DNA of 39,326 nt from Jimgerdemannia flammicorona (Eukaryota). Location: NCBI GenBank assembly GCA_003990765.1, contig RBNJ01000145.1, positions 1 to 39,326 of the forward strand, written 5' to 3'. Positions 13,229 through 28,419 of this stretch are shown here, piece by piece. Position numbers and translations under genes: made by a program. Numbering within the stretch: position 1 is the first letter of the stretch; each line of letters opens with the position of its first letter. Under the pieces are notes generated by a model. That model was not told where the DNA came from. It saw nothing but the letters and a program-made list of their open reading frames with translations, and searched no databases.

Positions 13229-13969
13229 ATGCTCGCTTCATTGTATCCACTTTCACGCAGAACCTGTCCTCGCCTACTTCATATCCGTCCACTGTCCTCA
13301 CCCTTTGTCCCCCCGTCATTCCTTCTCCGTCCGTCCGCGTCTCGGTTCTATGCTTCCGCCCAAGCCACCACCAAGGACCTCTCGTCCTCCCGAAAATCCC
13401 TTGATAACAAAAGTGGCGGCATGTACGCCCTTGCCGTCTTCATCACCATGGTCGGCCTCTCCTATGCCTCTGTCCCTCTCTACCGCATCTTCTGCGCCGC
13501 CGTCCCAGGATTCAGCGGCACTCCTGGCACTGCCGACTCCAGCCGTCTCGAGCCCGACCGCCTCGTCCCCGCCACCAATTTCGGTCGTCGCATCCGCATC
13601 ACTTTCGCCTCCAACATATCCGATGCATTGCAGTGGGCGTTTAAGCCCGAGCTTCGGGAGATCCGCGTGCTCCCCGGCGAGACCGCTCTGACCTTCTACA
13701 AGGCCAAGAACAAGAGCGACGAGGACATCGTGGGGATCGCGACGTACAATGTGACCCCACAGAAGGCGGCAAAGTATTTCAACAAGATCCAATGCTTCTG
13801 CTTTGAGGAACAGAAGTTGAGGGCGGGCGAGGAGGTCGACATGCCCGTTTTCTTTTACATTGACCCAGATTTTATGAACGATCCGTACATGAAGGACGTT
13901 AATACTGTGACCTTGAGTTACACCTTCTTTAATGCTAAATACGCCAAGAACTTGGCACATCAGTCGTAG
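13229..13969 (+). CDS. COX11: Cytochrome c oxidase assembly copper chaperone Cox11 (single exon)
   Basis: Arg/Ser-rich mitochondrial presequence, TM helix with YASVPLYRIFC, YFNKIQCFCFEEQKL, VDMPVFFYIDPDF, TLSYTFF. Confidence 0.97.
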   Translation: MLASLYPLSRRTCPRLLHIRPLSSPFVPPSFLLRPSASRFYASAQATTKDLSSSRKSLDNKSGGMYALAVFITMVGLSYASVPLYRIFCAAVPGFSGTPGTADSSRLEPDRLVPATNFGRRIRITFASNISDALQWAFKPELREIRVLPGETALTFYKAKNKSDEDIVGIATYNVTPQKAAKYFNKIQCFCFEEQKLRAGEEVDMPVFFYIDPDFMNDPYMKDVNTVTLSYTFFNAKYAKNLAHQS

Positions 13970-14437
13970 AGCCTGCGATAATATTAAAAGTGACTAGACA
14001 TATCTATTGCCATAGAAAGGATAGAATTCTTATTTTGAAACCGCTGGCTACTTCAAGCTATCAGAATAGCATGAAATGCATGACTCAGCATGGGGTGATA
14101 TGCGACTGAAAGCTGCTCAAATTATTGTGTGTGACAATCATTCTGAACAAATTCCGGGAAAACCATTGATGTCATTCGTTCAAAGATCATGAAAGTTTGC
14201 TTTCGCATCTCTTATTGAGGTATTCAATGAGGAGGGCAGATGTAACTTTTGCCTGAATCGCCATTTGCGCCAACGCGCGAATGTTTGCCAAATCGCGGTG
14301 CCAAATATGGATCGTGCTTATCCCTTTATTCACCCGAGGGGACATGTCTATACATCATCGGATCTTATCGTAATTTAATTCAAAAAATAATATATATATC
14401 CGCATTCTCGAGAGGAAGTGCACCCACAAGACCAGGC

Positions 14438-15822
<1,385 letters not shown>

Positions 15823-16074
15823 AACTTTTAATTTTTAATTTTTTAAAAAAGAGGTTGATGTGAATTGGAAGGAAAGGATGAACGACAGCAGCACAACTTT
15901 TATAAACTTCGTTGTCTGAGGAGTTGTGGCTGCTTCTGTATTTCGTCTTTGTTTCATTCGTGGCACCGAACCCTGTAGATGCATTTCGAACCCTAGGGAT
16001 GCATTTCTGGGGAAAGCATTTATAAGCAATCGCCCGCGCCGAGAGTCGGGAGAGTTATGATACGAAGAAATTGT

Positions 16075-17533
16075 TCACGGTTCCATTGCCATCTCTGCTA
16101 GAATTTTCACCATTTCCTCGTCATCCCCAAACTCCTCGTCGTATTCATCCTTCTCGCCGACATCACAACGATTGTTTTCACAATCAACTTCTGGCTGTCG
16201 ATACGATTGATTCGCCGTAGCTTCTGTTGCTTGGCATGCCGTAACGTCTTGTGATATTCTCGTCGCGACCGAATCGGGTGGAAATCCAATCGTTTGGGTC
16301 GTTTTATGAATACCGTCTTCTATATCATCGAAAGTGTCTAGAAAATCTGAATATTGCGTACTGTTGCCGTCAGTTGGTGAATCGTAATCAGTAGAGGAAG
16401 CGGGTGGACTGGAATTCGATGGATGATATGGGTATGGTGCTTCGTCGTCATAAGTATAGTAGTCGCGAAAAGACAGCTGATCCAGGAGTGAAGCCAGAAT
16501 GCCTTCATCTTCATTGTCCATAATGTAACTACCTTTAATGGCATCGGCATCGCTAGATCGCATACTTGCTGTCTGTATGCGTGTGTTCTTGCGCCGAGTC
16601 AAACTGCAGCAGTTCTGAGCCAGAATGAAAGCTGGCTCGACGTTCGACAGACATCGAATTCATGTGCGGTTCAGCAGCATTTTTTTGAGTAGTGTAGGAT
16701 ACGGTTTCAAACAGTAATTCATCGTCATCCGGGAAGTCCGACAATTGTAACTTGTTGTATTCGTCGTCACTGTCAGCAGAAGCATGCCCCTTGTCTTTCG
16801 GATATGGATTGACAGGCGCGACGAAATCACTTGGAAGCAAGTCTGGCCCCAGATTTTCCGGAACAGCATTGTCATGGGTTTCCGCAGTACTCTTTTCGAG
16901 AATCCTGTTTTCATCTACGTTAGCAATACAGGGTTGTGTTGACAGTTTCACTTCCCAGACACAAGTATATCGTTTAAGATAATCTACCACTGTCACCATG
17001 GGTGATTGCAATGGAGTAATCTTTGCGACGATCGACTCCTGAGGTATCACCTTGTGCCCTGCCGTCTCCCACGCAGCATCTAGATCGAATCCATATAGCT
17101 CGCCAATCATGATACATTCGAGAGCGTCCCATACATGCTGTTGAAGATTTTTCTGCGTGTGAAGCGTGGGTGAAGTGCGGCATATGAGGTTGAGATGTTC
17201 TTGAAACTCTGTCGCTGGGAGGCCGAAAAGTTCCGTAAGAGGGCCTGTGCCAAATATGGTAACTGAAAATTGGTGAACCGTCAGTAATGAGAATTAAATA
17301 AGGTTACGGATAGACGGAGTTCACAGCATACCTTTTAACAACCGCGCGACAGCATTGATGGAAATAACGAGAGAAACGCGATAACGGTACATCACATCTT
17401 GTGGCTTGTGAAGCCGCAAACATTTCTTACAAGATAATGCGCTATTAAGACTCGCCAGGCAATCTGAACACGAGGGATAGCAGAAAGTGGCGAGAGGCGC
17501 GATCCGAACCACCGTGGCCAGGACGCGAACCAT
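16075..17533 (-). CDS. DDIAS/noxin-like protein: N-terminal Zn-binding RPA1C-type OB fold plus acidic disordered tail
   Basis: MVRVLATV...FCYPSCSDC...SCKKC...MYRYRVSLVIS...|VTIFGTGPLTELFGLPATEF...ALECIMIGELYGF across a 69-nt intron (17263-17331). Alternative ATG at 17575. The C-terminal ORF 16075-16602 joins only via a 37-nt intron; otherwise the stop is at 16553. Confidence 0.72.
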
Positions 17534-18065
17534 TGTGTAAGACCATTTCGATGTTGCAAAAGTCGCGTCCATCATAACACACCTAGGCAATGACGTCAAT
17601 AATGGGGCGTCACGAACCGTCACAATACTTTTTCTTTTTTTTTTTTCTTCTTTCTTTTAAACCTTCAAAGATCCAAACTGGTAACCGTTAGCATTTCGGC
17701 CATATGAATCCCCAAGTACCAACTCCCGGTAATTCATTAGCCATCATACCCATTTCTATTTATTCACAATCGTTTTTCTGTTGAATTCTTCTCTATTCTG
17801 CTCTGATATTTCAACAATTTTTTAAGAAAAAAACATGAAAAAGGACAAAAGCGATGGCACATTTTTGTGTCTTGTGTGCGGCAGCGATGTTTGCCTATTG
17901 TATCTGCGAGGGAAGAAAAGCGAATAGGAACGATTGCCAGCCAAGTCCCAAATGACATTCCAGTGCTAGCGTTTGTCAGTTATTATATCAGCATTTGGTC
18001 TTGGGAAGCAATGCGATGGTTATGTAAATCTAACACCAGTAAGCAAGTGGAACACTTTGAAGGAT

Positions 18066-18154
18066 CTGTGGAACGCAATATGACAATTAAATAACAAGAT
18101 CGGTAAATTCATCATAGAGGTAGGTGAAAGTTGGGTAGCACACGGTCCGCTTAC
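18066..18154 (-). other. Candidate 3'UTR intron of the SR gene
   Basis: CTG|GTAAGC donor, pyrimidine-rich TTCCACAG acceptor, 89 nt long. Confidence 0.6.
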
Positions 18155-18198
18155 CAGTTAATACGGCCGCTCGATGTATCCACCCATCCAGGTAAGCC

Positions 18199-19790
18199 TC
18201 AATTTTCTTCCGCAGCAGGCGAGATAGACCTGTCACGCACCTCCTCATCCTCATCCTGAGTCACTCTCTTAAGTTCTTCTATAGGCGAGCGCGAACGCGG
18301 GGACCTGGACCTGCCACGCTTCTCCACATCTGATGCCGGAGACCGAGAACGAGAGCCACGACTACGGCTGCCGCTACGGCTGCGGCTGCGGCTGCGGCTG
18401 CTACGGCTGCGATCACGACGGCTACCCTCGTCGCGGCTCCTTCGATGGTGCGATGAGGACTTGAGCCTGGGTGAAGCGGATCGCGAGCGAGACTTTCTGC
18501 GGCTCTTGTTACGCCTCTTGGGCGGGCTGCGAGAGTCCGAGCGACTGCGTGAGCGAGATGAACGGTGGCGGTGGTGGCGAGACCTTGACCTACTGCGTGT
18601 ATGTGGGGACGGTTACAATAGCACGGAGAAAGAAATGATGGGGGAGGGGGGGATGAAGAATAGCTCAATAAATACAGCCAAGTGAGCAATTCGAGCCTGC
18701 CCGTATTAGACGCATCACTCTGGAGGCCGCAAGATTGTGTGCGTAGGAACAGTGATAGGTGGCAGAACGACTTTGGGCCTTCCACAAGGGAGCTCAACCG
18801 GCCTCGGTCAGAGAGGAGGGCGGAGGAGTTGAAGTAGGTAGTACACTTGAAATGGCGGACATGACAAAACGGAAGTAGTAGATCCTGTGCAAAGCGACAG
18901 GGGTATGATTTGATCCAACGTTTACAGGAACGTTTGTGATTGAGGAAGGATGAGGGCTATTCCGAATTTACTGTCCATGTTCTCTCAATCTGTCCCACGT
19001 GGCTCTCGTCGATCGTTTAAATATATTTTTGTTATGAAGTGTGTTAGATTCGCATAATTACCTTTTCTTGCGCCTTCTTTCAATGCAATCTCTAGCCCAA
19101 TGTCCTTCCTTTCCACACTTGAAGCAATTTCTTTCATCACCACGTCGCTGGTTGCCCTTAGCAAGCTCGACGACGATGCGGCATCCGCTAATGCGCTATA
19201 GGAAGTTTTGTCAGCGATTTATGGATGAGCGAAACATAAATAAGAACTGAGCGTGTCGCCAATAATGTTGCTTTTCCCGGCTCCTTCTTCCATCCCTCAC
19301 TGTTCTGCGGTGTTATTTTTGTTATTTATTTATTTTTTTTTTGTCTTTTTCATAGAAAATGATAGGAAGAGGTTCATAAATGCATTTCAAGAGATTCTGC
19401 TCACCATGCCATCACATTCGCGAAGTGCGTCCTCTGCGTCACGCCTGTCATAAAACTCGACAAAACCGTACGCTAAACAACATTGAAGATGATGAAATGA
19501 AGTGAGCCCATTTATAACGTGTCAACGAACAGGGGGCGATTCCAGACTTGAAATTTCAATACTTGCAGTAGCTAGATCCACGCTATAACGATAAATTTGT
19601 TGAAGCACGGAGTATCAAAGCACGCTCAGTCCGACAATGCAAGGCGGAAATATGGGCGCAATTAGAGGGAGAAACAGGCATGATTTTGTACCTTGACGTC
19701 GCAACGGTTGATGCGGCCGTATTTGTAGAAGAGCTCTTCAACCTCGACGGTTCTGATGGAAGGCGGGAGACGACCGACGAACAAGGCCAT
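18199..19790 (-). CDS. SR splicing factor with RRM, CCHC zinc knuckle and RS domain (SRSF7/9G8/RSZ-like)
   Basis: Exons 19692-19790, 19567-19582, 19405-19472, 19062-19195 and 18199-18592 give MALFVGRL...DVKRGSSYSYGFVEFYDRRDAEDA...RIVVELAKG...CFKCGKEGHWARDC, then RS repeats. Confidence 0.92.
19567..19582 (-). other. 16-nt microexon with GC donor in the SR gene
   Basis: TATAG|CGTGGATCTAGCTACT|GCAAGT; needed to join a phase-0 donor to a phase-1 acceptor. Confidence 0.75.
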
Positions 19791-20471
19791 GGTAAGTGGT
19801 TGGTCTGAGAAGGAAAAAGGCAAAATCGATCTACAAGACTTGATCGGTTGTGTTTACTGTCCCAATTTTGCAGATGACGTAAGGTAACAAGCCACCGAAT
19901 TGGTTTCTTTTTGTTGCTAATTATATTAATCTCATTATCAAGTTCGTCATTGGCGATCATCATCTAGCACCTTTTATATTTCACTCATATTCAGAGAAAC
20001 TCGTGGCGAGTGTTATCTTATCCACGGAATATCTGGTATATGGTAAAGCTGTAGGATGGCAGAACAGTGACACTTTAGTATTTGCCGTGTGCAACTAAAT
20101 CTTCCTGATTCGCAATGAATTATTGTGCCTTGCATTTTGGGCGAGGCTTCCCAAGTTGCATCCACGGTCTTTGATTCGTCTTAGAAACATAATTGCCAAA
20201 CTAATCCACAAGAACAAAGGTTTAAATAGAATGACGTAATGCGTCCAGTCTCAGGCCTCGGAGACAGCATCAGAAGGAAGGCTCTCTTTCACCCCAAAGC
20301 GAGAGAGAATGGCGCAAATTTCTGCGATTCAACGTCGTCCGGGTATAATGTAAACCAATCCTTGATTTATGTACTTGGCTCGAAGCCACCCTCCCACATA
20401 CATACGGAGCAACGACCTTCGCGATCGCGCAACAAACTACCGTGATATCACCCCCAAAATTTCGCTTGACC

Positions 20472-22121
20472 TCAATAATACGTATAAGTAGCGTTCAGCC
20501 TGAATTGCAAGTGCTCGCCAGCGGTCATGACCTTTTCTTCGCCCTCGGCGACGACACGTTCTCTGCCGGCGAGGAAGGGGCTGGGCACGATCTCGAGCGG
20601 GACGGCGTCATTAGCATGGCAGAACATGGCGAGGGAATAGCGGTCGGCGGCAGTGTGTTCGGGCAGGAAGACGACTCGGTGCCGCGTCGATCGGAACAGC
20701 CCACCCGTCCACTAAATTCACGGAAGCCCAGTAAGGATTAACTACATCGAGCAGTTTGGTAATTCGACCAATACTTCCAATACCTTCATTAAATAGCACA
20801 CATCTACTTACGAACTCCATCAGGTCGCCAATATTGACCAGGACGGCGCCGGGGATAAGCGGGGCAGAAATCCAGTGCGTGCGCGAAGCTTGAACCTCCA
20901 GACCAGGGAGCTTGTGCTGGAAGAGGAGGGACAGGGAACCGTAGTCGGTGTGACTGAGTGTCGGGTGGATTGATCGGAAGGATTAGAATTGAGGCGATAT
21001 GGAGTGGCAAATGGCTTACATATTTGCTGATGTGACATTTCCCCACTCACCTCCCTGCTCTCACGGCCTCCCCATATTCCTTTTCGTTTCCTTTTGGGTA
21101 CTTCAAGAACCTAAGGATATCGCCACTTGGCTGATCGTAATCGTGACGCTTTGCGAACCAGTCCTTGCCGTCCTCGGATTCGGGGATCTTTAGCGGGATG
21201 GATGAGTGGACGAGATGGTTATCAAGACGAGGTCGCTGGTAAAAAAATGTTTGGTGTGAGGATGTTGTGTAGATGTAATTACCTGGAGACCGATGGCGAA
21301 TGCTTGAAGGATTTGGAGGCAGAGGTTATGACCCGACTAGATGAAGTGATAAGAAGAACAAAAGTCGCATATGAGCTGACTTTAGATGATCATCTATTGC
21401 ATAAAACACTTATGGTTTCTGGATATATCTAGCGTAGCTCTGACATACTTTCGAAAATCTTGCCAGTTCCTCGACGCGCTTTTGGAACACAGGCGGAAGG
21501 TCACTGGCGGGTACGCCATTGACGAACTTGCCGAAATTCCACGCCCTTGTCAACATGTACACACATTCGAGTCAAACGGTTTAGAGACCGACAAAATTTC
21601 GATGTTCCATCTGAGACCCATTCTCTACATCCAGGCGCTTACTCTTTATGATCGCCCTTCTTTTGTGTCTCAGGGTCGAGGCTGTTTAGATGGGTGGGGC
21701 GTTGTGTAAGAATGGGGATTTTCCTAAAAGTTTGTCGCTTGGGATTTTGAATGATGGTTACAGAATCATGGAACGCACCGTTCTTGGAACATGGCGGAAT
21801 AACCAATGTTATTCTGGCCGATCAGGTAGTGTTTCTTGTCGTCCTCGGGCAGATTGAAGAACTCTTTCGACTTAGGGGTAGACGTATGGGCAATGTTCGT
21901 TATAGATGAAAAGTTCGGTCACCAAACGCACACGGCATAGGATGGTAGATACACACCAGCTCGAACATTAGGTCGATTTCCTCCTGCGGGATACCATGGT
22001 TGACGAGATAAAAGAAGCCGATAGAGGTCGAGGCACGCTTGAGTTCCTCACCACACTTGGCAGGTTCTGTTTTGAAGAGGGAAAAGTCGACGATAGGGAT
22101 GGTTTCCTCGTGTGAAATCAT
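20472..22121 (-). CDS. 2-oxoglutarate/Fe(II)-dependent dioxygenase (IPNS/DIOX_N family), 8 exons
   Basis: IPIVDFS, GFFYLVNHGIP, LRFLKYP, HTDYGSLSLLFQ, VNIGDLMEFWTGGLFRSTRHRV, RYSLAMF. The HxD...H triad and RxS motif are intact. Confidence 0.93.
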
Positions 22122-22268
22122 TTTGAACCTGGGACGGAGGGAAGGAGGGAAGGACAGACATTGGGTTGGCCAAGCCACAATGTTGGATGTTTGTGGCTTG
22201 TGCGCGACGTCCAAGAGAAACAGCCGCCACAACAAAGTCGTAGTTGTGCTCTTGTCTGAAACTCTACA

Positions 22269-25794
<3,526 letters not shown>

Positions 25795-26014
25795 AATGCA
25801 ATTTATCGTGCCAAATTTACACAACTTCGTGATTGGGCTCCTGCAACAATCATGAACATTATACATCATTTATCTTCTTCAGTTTTGCCTTCTTTTGGGG
25901 GAGAGTGTGCCCTTTGTATGCTGTTCGTAATTTTTGTAATTATCAAAGTAATCGCTTACATATAATTATGGCTTATCACAAGAATGGTAATGTGTTGGGC
26001 AAAAAGCAGTCCAG

Positions 26015-26630
26015 CTACTCGTTGCTTTTTCTCTGCAAACCATGGCCACAAAGTCCATCGACGATCATCGCAGCGCCATCAACGCTCTGCTCAACAATCT
26101 CGCAGAGATCGAGCGACTCGGCAATGAATTCTTCTTCAAAGCGTAGGCCGTCTTTCCGGTTTGCCCCGAGTAACCACGCAATCAGTTCATGTTTACAGAG
26201 TCTTGACCCCTGACAACAGGCCCTTGGGGCCCATTCTGCGCGAACAGGGAAACCTCATTGTCCATCCCGTACCCATCGCAGGCCGCGCAAAGTAAATATT
26301 TATCTTGCATTGATCGTCCTCATCGAAACGGTTTCACCGCAAATGCTGAATCTACAAGCAATATCACGTCCAACCAGGCGACGCTGCTCAGCTCGCCCTG
26401 CTTCTCAATACACTTGAGAACGACGCCAGGATATCAGGCCTGCTCTGTCTTTCCGCATCCCCTCCCCCCGTAGATGACCAGCCCGCCGAACGGAAGAACC
26501 TGCAGGTACGCACGCAGGATGCCACACAGGCCAGGGACGCGCTCTACAAAGAGAAAGAGCGGCTATTGAAGAACTTGCAAACCGCGTCTGCGTCGATGGC
26601 GGCAGCGGTGGGACGTGGAGTATGAGACAT
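26015..26630 (-). pseudogene. Decayed P-loop NTPase (STAND/AAA_16-like) relic
   Basis: FVER...LVIYGGRGCGKTEQA*...VILLVDS in one frame, with an in-frame TGA (26434-26436) and frameshifts on both sides. Confidence 0.6.
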
Positions 26631-26836
26631 TGCATAAACATAGAATCTTCCAAAGTGATGACACTTTTCGTCTTTCGAACATGTACAACATACGAAACTC
26701 AATTCGTTTATTGGGAAAACCATGATACATATTAAAATTGGCCCATGTGAGGTGAATGGATATGTCGTAAATCTACAAACTTGATATTGTGTAATTATGT
26801 TTTGTTTCAAATGATTCACTGTCATCGTTGGCTGAC

Positions 26837-27778
26837 CTACTGCTGTTTCATTGCCTCCTCCAATTTCTTCTTATCATCGTCACTCAAGTGATGCTGGCAA
26901 ATGTCCAAGAAGTGGTTAACATTTTGAGCAGCGCAATTTCGGAAGAACGCGATGATGTATTCCTAGAACATATGGATGATATCGCAAGAAAAATGTCGGA
27001 AAGCTACATTTAAATCCTGAACAGGTTTACAAGACGATCAAAGAACAGATTCCCAGTTTTAACTCACCCTCAGATTAGTCTGGAAAACCGGATCGTTCTG
27101 CAGATCAGCATCGTTCCGTTCATCATCTTCGCTTTCGAACTCCTCGCCAACATTAACCATTTCTAGAAGCGTGTTGCAGTCAAGAACATAATTGCAAAGA
27201 GGGGAGCAAGAAAATAAGGCTTTATAGACTACTCAACAATCGATGCAAACGGTGTCTCGAGTCAAATAAAAATAATAAATTAGTTACTGACCAGAAAGGA
27301 ACGCATAGTCCTCTGCGGGAGCAAATGGCGACTCGTCTACGTCCTCCCAGTCAGTTCCTTCCTGAGGTCCCATGGCCATGATGATGTTAAACAATAGAAC
27401 TAAACAAAACAAACAAAAGTGTGAGAGGTATAAAATAATAACCGACCTCGTCTCCAGACTCGATCGAATCTTCATCATTTTCGGCCTCCATGCTATTTTG
27501 CAAGTCAGCCACGAGGATCTTGACAATCTTGACGGGCACAGGAAGGACCGTGTATTGATCAGGTGCTAATCCAAGAAATATATCGTTATTGATTTTGTGA
27601 GCAGTGTCTTACAAAACACTACGAGCTAATAAAATATAAGGGAAATTTCGGTGTACCCTGACGGGTTCTTGAACGAGTCATTATTTTGTCTTAGGGAAGA
27701 TCCAGCAAAGAAAAATGAGCATCACGTACGCACACATGGATGAGCAAAGGTTATGAATGTAATCGTTGCTCATAGCCA

Positions 27779-27811
<33 letters not shown>

Positions 27812-28373
27812 TTTGGGGAACTTGCACATACTTGATTGACTCACGATCAGGTCACCTTTCACGGTCAAGGCCTGCACACGAGGATCGGTAGACAAGAACA
27901 TCTTGGAAAGGGCGATTGCACTATTCAAACCCAATGTCAAGCAGAGTATAGCACGCATGAGGAGAACCGAAACAACACATTGAGATTAGCACATAATTTG
28001 ACTAATAAGATAACAGAACACCTCACCTGACTTTGAGCGAGTAATACCCTTGGAAGGACTCGTAGTTCTCGCACCACGCATTCATCACTACCTGGAGCCC
28101 GCTATGGCCCTCGATATTGACATTACTCAAAAATTCAATAACGGTCTCTTGCTGCGCCAGAATCAGGTGCGCAAAAACCAGAACAAGAGACTGAAGAGAA
28201 AGAGTAGGGTTCAATTGTAATCCGTACCAGAAGCGAATCAAACCCAAACCCCAAATAATGCTTCGCATACCAACCTGAATGAAAGTTGGTGACTCCGCGG
28301 TAGCTAGGCGGAACACCACAGCATTTAGCAGCTCCGGCAGGACGGGTGCGAGGTTATTTCCGGTCTGAAATGA

Positions 28374-28419
<46 letters not shown>

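Noticed and set aside
13316-13960. 214-aa antisense ORF over COX11 and similar shadow ORFs
   Set aside because: Explained by GC-rich codon usage of the sense gene; no recognisable motifs.
18340-18420. GGCTGC tandem repeats
   Set aside because: They encode the RS dipeptide domain; not an independent repeat or array.
20900-20960. Apparent frameshift in the dioxygenase HxD exon suggested by the ORF track
   Set aside because: Re-reading gives an intact HTDYGSLSLLFQHK frame.
26434-26436. In-frame TGA read as Trp or Sec (endobacterial code or selenoprotein)
   Set aside because: The region also has frameshifts, is GC-rich and shows no evident SECIS; decay is simpler.
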